From the NCBI GenBank assembly GCA_964389465.1, contig CAYMDK010000004.1:15034-79033 (forward strand): a stretch of 64,000 nucleotides of DNA, written 5' to 3'. The notes under the pieces were generated by a model that saw only the letters and a list, made by a program, of their open reading frames with translations, was not told the origin of the DNA and ran no database searches. Numbering within the stretch: position 1 is the first letter of the stretch; every line of letters starts with the position of its first letter. Below, piece after piece: positions 18,301 to 25,095 of this stretch. A program made the translations under genes and the position numbers. Origin of the DNA: an uncultured archaeon. Lineage in GTDB: Archaea > Thermoplasmatota > Poseidoniia > MGIII > CG-Epi1.

Positions 18301-21300
18301 GGTCCAGAACCTGCGGACCGGTGAAGAATACGGGCTGATTTCCGACGCGGTCGAAAATGCGAACGAGGGAGATGAGTTGCTGGTATGGCCCAGCCTCTAC
18401 GAGGAGTCGATAACGGTTGACAAGCGGGTCACAATTACCGGGCTTGGTCCGGGAGTGAGGGTGCAGGGCGGCCCTGAAGCTGCCTTCAACCTTGGAAATG
18501 ACGGTACAGTGTTGCAGAACCTGTCAATCGGAAACTCTTCCTTTGGCATCAATGTTTACGGTGTGGATATCCAGCTCACAAACCTTACTATTTCCGATAT
18601 CGAGTTTGTAGGAATCTGGACTTCATCCACCTCGGTAGTAGCGCGACTCCAGATGCGTGATATTCAGATAACCAACGCTTCTGAAGGATTATGGCTTGAC
18701 GGTCACGACTTCAACTTGGAGAGGGTTTTTGTGTCCCAGAATAGACATGCCTCCTCACTGAATCAGTATGGTTCCGGGCACCAAATTACATATTCCAGCT
18801 TTTCTGACTCAGCTACCATCTATAACGGTGACCTGATTGAACTAGAGAATGTAGTTTTTGCGATGTTAGGGTTGAGTAATCAGACCAATGCCCTGCTTGA
18901 AAATGTAACGTCAGATTACTTGAGTATTGAGGGAGGTCACGACAACCTGTTGCGACAGAGCAACATAGCCAACCACATTTCTTTGTGGGGAAGCTCGATT
19001 GGCAACCGCGCACTGGGCACTTCTTTCAGCAGCATTATTTGTGAGGAAGGCAGCACCCTCCTCATCGAACATCGCACAGTGATTGAGCTGCGCACGGTAG
19101 AAGGGGCAGGAAGCTGGCTGGAGATTCAGGTAACTGAGGACAGTATCGGTTTGCAGAACCAGATAGTCTACTCTACTTCCTTCTTTGGAGGCGGCGATGC
19201 CGCCTCAGATGAAGATGGTCAGCTGCCAGAGCTGCTGATAGCTGGAACGATCTACAATGGGAGTTCGGTCCCGGTTCCGGCCGTGACGGATGTAAAGGTT
19301 CAGTTCAACGGCATCCAGGAATTCAGCTTCAACCTTACCGTAGATTCAACGAAGAGAATATGGCTCAACCTGCCCCCTGTACCAGAGATAGAATCCGTAG
19401 AACCAAGTCCCGCCATCCAGGGTGACTTGCGGTCACCGGTTGACAGCGGAACTATTGCGTGGTGGCCGTTGGACGAAGGCAGCGGCACGCATGTCATCGA
19501 CGCGAGCGGCAATGGCAATAACCTGACGCTGGGTCCAACCCCGTCCTGGGTACCCGGCCAGTCCGGCAGCGCCGTCCACTTTGATGGCTTGGACCGCCAC
19601 CTTGCCGGCCCGCTAATCAAACCGACCGAGATGACGATTGAATTATGGTTCAACACAATCGACAGCGGTATCGGGACGCTAATCTCTGATTACTACAGCG
19701 GAGACAGCAACCGGAACCACCATTTCTACCTGCTGAATGGTGAGCCCCGCTTCGAGCAGACTCAGGGCGGCGTGCCGCTCTCACTGGCGGCTGGTTTCCA
19801 GTTCAACGACGGATTATGGCACCACGTTGCGGTGGTCCGTTCCGCGGACGAGGTGAGCCTGTGGGTTGACGGGGAGTTGCTCGATTCAACGCCCTCGAGT
19901 GGTGCAGACACTTCTGAGAGCAACACCTGGCTCGGTATGTCGCCTGACCAGAGTAACCCCTATGCGGGCCTGCTGGACAACATACGTGTTTCTAATTTTG
20001 CCCGCCACCCAGAAGATTTTCTGATTGGGGGTGGGACGGTAAAATTTTCCGGTATTGGAAATGACCCAGATGGACTAATTTCCAACTGGACTTGGATATC
20101 ATCTGAGGATGGTATTTTGGGATATGATGAATTTCTAGAGTTTGCAGTTGACAGTCTCAGTCTGGGCAGTCACTCAATCACTCTCCAGGTTGTAGACAAT
20201 AACGGTAGTGCTACCCAGTCAAGTACCGGTCTGTCCGTTAAGCGGCGGCCTGGAGCGGTAATTGTCAATCCACCTTCTTTGGTGCACGAGGGAGATATCG
20301 TTACATTACAGGGCGAGGCGACCGGTGGGATTCCTATCTCTTCTTGGGAGTGGTGGTCTGACAAGGCTGGTCTTCTCGGTAGTGACGAAACAATCCAGAT
20401 ATCCACCTTGACGAACGGTACTTACAACATCACGTTGCGGCTGCAGGCCTCCAGTGGCCTCTGGAGCGAAAACACGACAGTTGCCATCTACGTAAATGGC
20501 CGCCCGCGGCTTTCCGACCCTTCTATCACGGCACTGCTGATGGTGCGGGGCGGGGTCATCTCGTTCGGCGCCGCCGGCATGGACGATGCGGACGCCGGCG
20601 CGGAGCTGGTTTTCAGCGCTGCCTACCGCCGCGTCGGCACCAGTAGCTGGGAATCCGCCTACATCTCGCCGTCAGCCTGGGATGCGGGACGTGTGGAGTT
20701 CAGTTTCAGCCCCGACTTCGACGCCTCGCTCGGCAGCTACCTGTTCCAGCTGCAGGCACAGGACAGCCACGGCGGCCTCTCGGGCTGGCTGGTACTGCCG
20801 CTACCGGTGGAGGTCACCAACATCCCGCCGCAGGTCTCGACTACACTGGTCCCGGACTCAGTGGTCAGCGCCGACGGGCCAATGCTCGAGTTCAGCGCAG
20901 TCTTCTCCGATACCGACGGCAGCGTGGAGCAGCTCCAGTGGGTATCCAGTCTGGATGGAGTGCTTTCGACCAACGCCAGCTTCTCGATGAGCCCCGAGAG
21001 CTTCACTGCTGGCAACCATACCATTACGCTGCGCGTGCAGGACAACGACGGCACCTGGAGTGAGACTTCGTTCACGGTCGAGGTGCAGCCGGTCACTATG
21101 CCGGATGAGGAGTTTTTCGGCATTGACAGAAGAAACTTGCTGATTGTTGCCGCAGCACTACTGCTCGGGACGCTGCTGCTCGGTGGTGGACTTCTGCTCC
21201 GTTCGCGCGAGCCGGCAGTCATCGCGACGGTTGCTGACGACGCCGAGGAAGAGCAGCCGCAACGGCTGGTCGAGAGCTGGCTGCCTCCCGAAGGACTCGA

Positions 21301-23986
21301 GGGATACGAGCAGCTGGTCGCAGAATACATGGCGCGCCGCCGCGAGGCGTACCTAGCGGCGCCGAACAACGAAAAGGAGCTGGACTACCTCCATAACAAC
21401 CGCGAGCGGTTTGCGATTTCATCCTACTTCGAGGTCCCGGTCGACCCGGCGCACGTCATCAGCGACTGGGCACTGCCTGAAAACCTGCGTGGAAATGTCC
21501 ATGTCGACGCGGTCCGCAGCGAAATCATCGAGCGGGTGCTTACCGGGCCGCCCGACCGCAACTACGTCATCATTGGCGAGCCGGGCGTCGGCAAGACGGT
21601 GCTGCTGTTCGAGCTGTTCGACCGATTGATGGACCGCATCCCGGTCGGTCGCATCTCGACCACCACTCTTGGAAAGGCGCACGAGAAGTTCGGCGTGCGG
21701 CTGTTTTACGACGATATCCAGGAGAACACCGAGCTGGTGCAGGCGCTTACCGACCGGCAGATTAGCGGCGTCATCCTGAGCGCCCGCGAGGCGGACTGGG
21801 CCTCCCTGCCGGCCGAGTTCCAGGCGCAGTTCGACCGGCTGACGGTGCCGCTCTTCTCCGGGAGCGAGATGAAGCTGCTCAGCCGCAAGATGCTCGGCTT
21901 CTCGGGCCTCGGCTACGACGCGGCGGCCATCGAATCGCTGGTGCAGTTTGCCGAAGGCTCCCCTATCTACGTCTGGTCGATGATTCGCGAAATGCTGCAC
22001 CGCGGTCTGCGGGCGCTCACCGCCGACTACATCCAGGAAAACGCCATTCGTGGAATGAACAACTACGTTTCGTTGCTACTGCAGCGGCTGCTCAAGGAGG
22101 GCGAGGAGTACCGCCCTGGCGGTCTCCACGCACTTACCTCGCTGGTGTTCCTCGCGGAAACCATGGAGGAGCGCTTCTGCCACGACCTGTTCTACGACGC
22201 GGCGGTCGAGCGGCTTTCGGCCCACGCGCAGGAGCAGCTTAATGACCCGATGGACCAGGGCACCTTCAACCGCGCGCTGGCATACCTGCCGGGCGACGGC
22301 AGCGTCATCAAATTCCCGCACGACACCTGGGTTGACGTTATCCTGGGCCACGGCGACCTGAATCCGTTCCGCACCGAGCTGCGCGCAATCTTCAGGCAGT
22401 TTGTAGACAGCGGCCTTTTCGAGAAGGTCAAGCGTGAAGTCGTCCCCGGCGTATGGGAAACCACCGCCAGCCGCTACCATCGTAGTCCGTCACGGCAGAA
22501 AGGCTCGTTCCTCGCCCTCGCGGATACGCTACTCCATAACTTCCAGGTTTCCGAGCTGAAGGAGCTGGGAGTCGATATCGAGCTGATTCGCGAGGTCGCC
22601 TCGACCTACTCCCACCTGCCGGCCGCCGCGTCGCTGGTGTCGCGCATCCAGGCGGCCGAGCCGCAGCAGGTGACCCGGATTATCAACATCCAGGATTCGG
22701 TTTCGCCCGCTAGTGGAGGTCACCCGCCTTACCGGATTGAGGAGCTTTACCTGATTTACAATGACGGCCGTCTTATCACGGGGCAGTCGCTCAAGGAAAC
22801 CGCAATCGACCAGGACATCATGGGCAGCATGCTCACCGCTATCAACGACTTCGTCCAGGACTCGTTCCATGCGGCGGGGGAACTGGGGTCAATCAACTAC
22901 GGCGACAACCGTATCATGATTGAGCGCGGCGAGCAGGCGGTGCTGGCAGTGGTTATATACGGCGAGGAGACGCGCGAACTCCGCTCGCAGGTTGCGAACA
23001 CCTTGCTGCAGATCGAGGAGCGTTTTAGCAGAGAGCTCGCCGGCTGGGATGGCGATGTCGAACTGCTCTCGGGAACGCGCGAAATCCTGACGCCGCTACT
23101 CGACGCCACTCGCAAAGTCAGCCGTGAGATGATTGACGAATACCTCGCGCTCCAGAAGGTCGGCCTGCGGGCGAGCTGGGAGCACGTCGCCGGTCACGTT
23201 CGCGTCCAGATGGAGGTGTGCAACTATGATTCGCAACCGCTCACCGAGGCGCACCTGAAGCTGGAGCGGACCGCGTCGCTGCTCGAGCTGGTCGCGACAC
23301 AACCGGAAACGGAGCAGACCGGCAGCGGCGTACGCCTCGGCGAAATCGAGCCGCACGACAGCCGCGAGCTGGTGTTCTGGTTCGAACCGCGCGGAGCCGG
23401 TTCCGCCTCCCTCGCGTTGCGGCTCGACTACCGTGATTCCGAAGGTCGTAATGCTGGTGTGACGACGACGCTCTTCGCCGGTGCCGAGGTCTTCCGCAAG
23501 GATGACCTGCCCGACGGGAAGGCGCTACAGAAGCTGCTGAAAGGTGGCAAATCCGCCAGGCCACCTGCCGCGGCCGCGCCAGCCGAAACGGTCGAGGTGG
23601 CTGCGGAAGAGCAGGTTCCGGTAGCTGAGGCAGAAATAGTGGTCGAGACGGAAGTCATCGTGGAACCCGGGCCGGAGCCGGAACCGCCGGCAGAAGCTGT
23701 TGCCGAGCCCGAGCCGGAAGATGAAAAGGAACTAGAACCAGAGCCGGAACTGCTCGACCTTGGCGAGTCAGGGATGGATGACCTTCTCGGCAAGCTCTCG
23801 GAACTTGGCCCCGAAGCCCAGCCGGAATCCGGGGATAAATCATCTGACGATGAATATAAAAAAGCTGGAGAGGAATCTGACGTCGTGAATCCAGCTTCTA
23901 AGAAGAAGAAACAGAAACCCGGCAACGATAATGATGATGGTGAGCTGGGCGATATCTTCGCCAAGTTGAAGGAACTGGACGATTAA
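12356..23986 (+). CDS. Giant type-I membrane protein: beta-helix/LamG/PKD ectodomain - TM - cytoplasmic P-loop (STAND-like) NTPase + Roadblock-like domain + acidic tail
   Basis: Single uninterrupted ORF (track 12302..23986; ATG 12356 preferred). It has a signal peptide and four cap motifs of the pectate-lyase/NosD-like beta-helix type: YTTIEDGLEAAEDGDLVRIWDGTY, YNIQSAIGNATAGDTVYAWNGTF, WSLATAISDADPGDTLRVWQGTY and GLISDAVENANEGDELLVWPSLY. Each cap is followed by N/G/I-rich ~22-aa PbH1-like repeats. A MAM/choice-of-anchor-J-like sandwich is present (HVQISTDGGESW..LRFRFASD..GWYIDDVTV), as are LamG (LWHHVAVV..LWVDGEL..IRVSNFAR) and four PKD-like domains. The TM helix is LLIVAAALLLGTLLLGGGLLL. Walker A is GEPGVGKT and Walker B-like is VRLFYDD. 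Confidence 0.9.
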   Translation: MSSPRLPLVALALLAALLLFPTADGETIIVDVNGNGDYTTIEDGLEAAEDGDLVRIWDGTYVEYNLTIEDQITVRGNGTSTVVNASWEGHGFIVERDYVEISHLQVESSANGSIPGGPWYAYFSGVFVNDNEGAHLYLESLTLEGNYVGLAVDGEFYIHVSNSTITNSTNKGAYFQSSWYLRIDNSTFSNNDNNGLTCYYCNHARIYYSVFENNGAQGFKSEYASNQTFYETDFEENTGIGLYFHAGSSNSVRNAQFANNKGGITLTDSSTQNEIGACQAYNNEDHGYLFRSESTSNYLNNSGGWSNEYALVFEDSSHNNTINGGFYSGDEESILFSGDPSTGIILYETNFGESLSINSGSELLIKKNLRVKVTDNGTSDSWKIYDNQSDENREAYSGTHAMWLGNPDKNDGEYEDNWDFSFVTKDAISLGSSPKLSIATWYKTENTYDGGHVQISTDGGESWALLTPAGGYPCSNVVALEDEGYCNQSNGWKIQNFSLSDYDNEDIQLRFRFASDASQSNYEGWYIDDVTVTNGEQTLFSDNFESGKVKWMIDRFVAPQEGVDARVTDRDGVQYASPYFGGSSPKSDDSGWLNYQGAIPVPGILVITQRYYSNSTATDQDVELRLRYVDWHETLVLNFSQGYTKNFKVPDFRVYHSGDLYYNIQSAIGNATAGDTVYAWNGTFHENLIIDRGVMLLGNGTANTIIDGVGNTAIRVTGKYATIANLSVKGATNLSGTNRFGILVNESGGALNATGLRLYDNFHGIYFSTTKKWGSRVADSIIESNTNAGFGVNTATGLRIENCTINNNGGDGINLDTTSNILIYGNHIHNNTNHGIRWNVGGTGNGVHHNRIIDNGGDGIRTAYVSAGSFTYNEIRNHNTGFGGNRGIYTGARNSEFLHNNITGNGYGITIFGSCCSGTHGTENQVSHNYISENSYGIEIWSWAGSNNQLLSNTISESGRGITLGSGSFHTIENSTISGSSEYDFYITTGEHTVVNSTFSSIWISTSADLRERELFSLRILEEDGDLFVDFEIAVEDGAGTAYASPHWGGSDNLTDSSGSIRQLLLLVQHWNGSATPDVFATKVKYAFGVRAKAQSHLLNQTTALDIHVPEYWRKGLVRNANSGEDYWSLATAISDADPGDTLRVWQGTYPEIVSIEKSLVVTGNSTTGVLLKAIGDAYAIDIDADSVTIRNLTVLDGRGLYLDKLSNDVTLEWLVIHNSSINGIYAFQNDNLAFSNLTVTNSSEQGIVFYKTTSSVVSDCAVSNSGGSGITVDSADSVELHRITLTGNGGSGIRFDTSDSISVRDSIIRDNAQGSWEILSTNTDGLVLDNISLFGRELIQLDDNERAHLSNLTLEITQFLGMAIKLVESDSNTLRDVLVSTMADSGSGIILDDSSDNLLINCTVNDVQYEAFYFRNSANDNTLLDSTASGGQLARLKLSTASGTVVRNSTFSGAGDDSGIQLSSATGTTLDNITTKDNGADSGHSGLDTSASDDLLVKNSHFSNNAGRGAYIFNSDNVVIYSNQFDSNANGLVLWTVDNVRASHNSFEIGDGNAIELRYGSNSWIDNNTIEQYGNDASQYFGIGVFFSSGNRIHNNTVSDSEVTGILLGAESESNYVTENELTRIENSALHIIHDNNYLARNTLSETESTGITIEGDWNDIVDNVVTDGEASGIEVFGSNNQIAGNNISGNSDIPFRVPGHWNTFYGNTVDAADEDAVLVSGSNNQFTGNQLTNGDIGFLVTSDWNQFNTNILSFFNEACFDLSGDYITLQGNHCSAAAEGARLASVTGTLAWDNNWIGVETALYLSGSAGNQFTNESVSAASQALILMVSSDNEFSGSSLAGEIHLTSNSTANYLNSSALQGTINCDSTSQLFIADDITIEARNSDFDTPFEGVHLRLKADGQVIYVTSHFNGSDATTGEDGRIEPQMLVHTSYTGSSDPESTEFRLAYAYRLRQEATVFNTTESHLETIHIPDEWNYGLVQNLRTGEEYGLISDAVENANEGDELLVWPSLYEESITVDKRVTITGLGPGVRVQGGPEAAFNLGNDGTVLQNLSIGNSSFGINVYGVDIQLTNLTISDIEFVGIWTSSTSVVARLQMRDIQITNASEGLWLDGHDFNLERVFVSQNRHASSLNQYGSGHQITYSSFSDSATIYNGDLIELENVVFAMLGLSNQTNALLENVTSDYLSIEGGHDNLLRQSNIANHISLWGSSIGNRALGTSFSSIICEEGSTLLIEHRTVIELRTVEGAGSWLEIQVTEDSIGLQNQIVYSTSFFGGGDAASDEDGQLPELLIAGTIYNGSSVPVPAVTDVKVQFNGIQEFSFNLTVDSTKRIWLNLPPVPEIESVEPSPAIQGDLRSPVDSGTIAWWPLDEGSGTHVIDASGNGNNLTLGPTPSWVPGQSGSAVHFDGLDRHLAGPLIKPTEMTIELWFNTIDSGIGTLISDYYSGDSNRNHHFYLLNGEPRFEQTQGGVPLSLAAGFQFNDGLWHHVAVVRSADEVSLWVDGELLDSTPSSGADTSESNTWLGMSPDQSNPYAGLLDNIRVSNFARHPEDFLIGGGTVKFSGIGNDPDGLISNWTWISSEDGILGYDEFLEFAVDSLSLGSHSITLQVVDNNGSATQSSTGLSVKRRPGAVIVNPPSLVHEGDIVTLQGEATGGIPISSWEWWSDKAGLLGSDETIQISTLTNGTYNITLRLQASSGLWSENTTVAIYVNGRPRLSDPSITALLMVRGGVISFGAAGMDDADAGAELVFSAAYRRVGTSSWESAYISPSAWDAGRVEFSFSPDFDASLGSYLFQLQAQDSHGGLSGWLVLPLPVEVTNIPPQVSTTLVPDSVVSADGPMLEFSAVFSDTDGSVEQLQWVSSLDGVLSTNASFSMSPESFTAGNHTITLRVQDNDGTWSETSFTVEVQPVTMPDEEFFGIDRRNLLIVAAALLLGTLLLGGGLLLRSREPAVIATVADDAEEEQPQRLVESWLPPEGLEGYEQLVAEYMARRREAYLAAPNNEKELDYLHNNRERFAISSYFEVPVDPAHVISDWALPENLRGNVHVDAVRSEIIERVLTGPPDRNYVIIGEPGVGKTVLLFELFDRLMDRIPVGRISTTTLGKAHEKFGVRLFYDDIQENTELVQALTDRQISGVILSAREADWASLPAEFQAQFDRLTVPLFSGSEMKLLSRKMLGFSGLGYDAAAIESLVQFAEGSPIYVWSMIREMLHRGLRALTADYIQENAIRGMNNYVSLLLQRLLKEGEEYRPGGLHALTSLVFLAETMEERFCHDLFYDAAVERLSAHAQEQLNDPMDQGTFNRALAYLPGDGSVIKFPHDTWVDVILGHGDLNPFRTELRAIFRQFVDSGLFEKVKREVVPGVWETTASRYHRSPSRQKGSFLALADTLLHNFQVSELKELGVDIELIREVASTYSHLPAAASLVSRIQAAEPQQVTRIINIQDSVSPASGGHPPYRIEELYLIYNDGRLITGQSLKETAIDQDIMGSMLTAINDFVQDSFHAAGELGSINYGDNRIMIERGEQAVLAVVIYGEETRELRSQVANTLLQIEERFSRELAGWDGDVELLSGTREILTPLLDATRKVSREMIDEYLALQKVGLRASWEHVAGHVRVQMEVCNYDSQPLTEAHLKLERTASLLELVATQPETEQTGSGVRLGEIEPHDSRELVFWFEPRGAGSASLALRLDYRDSEGRNAGVTTTLFAGAEVFRKDDLPDGKALQKLLKGGKSARPPAAAAPAETVEVAAEEQVPVAEAEIVVETEVIVEPGPEPEPPAEAVAEPEPEDEKELEPEPELLDLGESGMDDLLGKLSELGPEAQPESGDKSSDDEYKKAGEESDVVNPASKKKKQKPGNDNDDGELGDIFAKLKELDD
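19447..20020 (+). other. LamG/concanavalin-A-like lectin domain inside the giant protein
   Basis: WWPLDEGSGTHVIDASGNGNNLTL..GQSGSAVHFDG..MTIELWF..LWHHVAVVRSADEVSLWVDGEL..AGLLDNIRVSNFAR is the classic LamG_3 pattern. Confidence 0.7.
21137..21199 (+). other. Single predicted transmembrane helix of the giant protein
   Basis: LLIVAAALLLGTLLLGGGLLL is followed by RSREP, so the positive-inside rule places the C-terminal ~930 aa in the cytoplasm. Confidence 0.7.
21575..21598 (+). other. Walker A (P-loop) codons GEPGVGKT in the cytoplasmic part of the giant protein
   Basis: These codons are in frame with the ORF. The Walker B-like VRLFYDD lies at 21695-21715 and LTVPLFSGSEMKLLSRKM follows, a pattern typical of STAND / Arch_ATPase-type NTPases. 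Confidence 0.65.
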
Positions 23987-24012
23987 TTTGCCGGTATGTT
24001 TTTCCCTCAGAT

Positions 24013-24088
24013 TGGTGCGGGTGCCGGAATTTGAATCCGAGTTCTCAGCTTGGCAAGCTGAAGTGATACCAGGCTACACCACACCCGC
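24013..24088 (-). tRNA. tRNA-Gly (anticodon GCC), CCA encoded
   Basis: The reverse complement is GCGGGTG TG GTGT AGCCTGGTA TCAC T TCAGC TTGCCAA GCTGA GAAC TCGGA TTCAAAT TCCGG CACCCGC A CCA. The 7-bp acceptor, D, anticodon and T stems all pair, and the anticodon loop is TT-GCC-AA. Confidence 0.9.
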
Positions 24089-24112
24089 ACGGCCCGCGCC
24101 ACGCCCGGCGGG

Positions 24113-24120
24113 ATAAAAAG
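24113..24120 (-). promoter_or_regulatory. TATA box (minus-strand CTTTTTAT) for tRNA-Gly
   Basis: It lies 25-32 nt upstream of the tRNA 5' end at 24088. Confidence 0.4.
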
Positions 24121-24161
24121 GCTGCCCAAGCCGCTTTAGTCCGGGGCTGGGTGGCGCGGCG

Positions 24162-25094
24162 ATGTCACCGTCGGAAACGGACTCAGATGGCGTTGCCCGG
24201 TCGCCTGGCGGGTGGTACAGCCACCGCTGGCCGCTGCTGGGGCTGGCGGGCTGTTTCGTCGTGGCGCAGCTGCTGGCGATGGCGCTTGTGCCGAGTTTTG
24301 ACGCGGCGGAGATGCAGGCGTTCGAAGACCCCGATAATCCGGCCAATTCCGGCCTGTATTTCGCGCTGATTCTGGCTTTCACCGCCTTCGTGCTGTGGCT
24401 GGTGCGGCGCGGGTTGCAGAACCTGCTGCAGCTGATTTTCATGGGCGCCATCGGGATGACCTTCGTCTACGTATTCTACCCGCTGTTCCTCGCGCTCGGC
24501 TTCGCACCGGCTGGCGCGTGGCTCGCCGGCATCGCGCTGGCGGTCCAGCTTACCTTCCTGCTGCTGACGTTCCCCGAGTGGTATGTCATTAACACCTGCG
24601 GGGTGCTGATTTCGGCCGGCGCGGCCGCCATCTTTGGCATATCGTTCGGGCTGGTCCCGGCGCTGCTGCTGCTCGTGGGATTGGCAATCTACGACGCGTG
24701 GGCAGTCTACCGCACCGGCCACATGGTTGACCTGGCTGACACGGTGATGGACTTGCGGCTGCCCATCCTGCTGGTGATGCCCAAGCAGCGCGGCTATTCG
24801 TTCCTGAAGCAGGGCAGCCTGCAAGCGCAACTGGATTCGGGCGAGGAGCGCGAGGCGATGTTCATGGGGCTGGGCGATATCGTGATTCCCGGGGTACTGG
24901 CCGTTTCCGCCAAGGCCACTCTCGGCTGGGGCGTCGGGCTGGGTGCATTGCTAGGGGGTCTGGCCGGTTTCGCGGTCCTGATGCACTTCGTGCTCGGCGG
25001 CCGCCCGCAGGCGGGGCTGCCGCTGCTCAACGGCGGCGCTATCCTGGGCTGGGCGCTCGCCGCGCTCGCCTTGCGGGGCGGCCTGGGACTGTAG
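24162..25094 (+). CDS. Presenilin/signal-peptide-peptidase homologue (archaeal PSH, A22 intramembrane aspartyl protease)
   Basis: Polytopic protein with catalytic LAIYDAWAVY (YD) and FMGLGDIVIPGVL (GxGD) motifs about 50 aa apart, plus a PAL-like GLPLLNGG near the C-terminus. Confidence 0.8.
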   Translation: MSPSETDSDGVARSPGGWYSHRWPLLGLAGCFVVAQLLAMALVPSFDAAEMQAFEDPDNPANSGLYFALILAFTAFVLWLVRRGLQNLLQLIFMGAIGMTFVYVFYPLFLALGFAPAGAWLAGIALAVQLTFLLLTFPEWYVINTCGVLISAGAAAIFGISFGLVPALLLLVGLAIYDAWAVYRTGHMVDLADTVMDLRLPILLVMPKQRGYSFLKQGSLQAQLDSGEEREAMFMGLGDIVIPGVLAVSAKATLGWGVGLGALLGGLAGFAVLMHFVLGGRPQAGLPLLNGGAILGWALAALALRGGLGL

Positions 25095-25095
25095 C

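Noticed and set aside
23987-24161. tRNA-Gly as the attachment site of an integrated island containing the giant gene
   Set aside because: I saw no integrase, excisionase or transposase gene in the window, and no obvious direct repeat of the tRNA 3' half. The AT-shifted DNA is separated from the tRNA by 3.5 kb of host-like sequence. A systematic repeat search could not be run.
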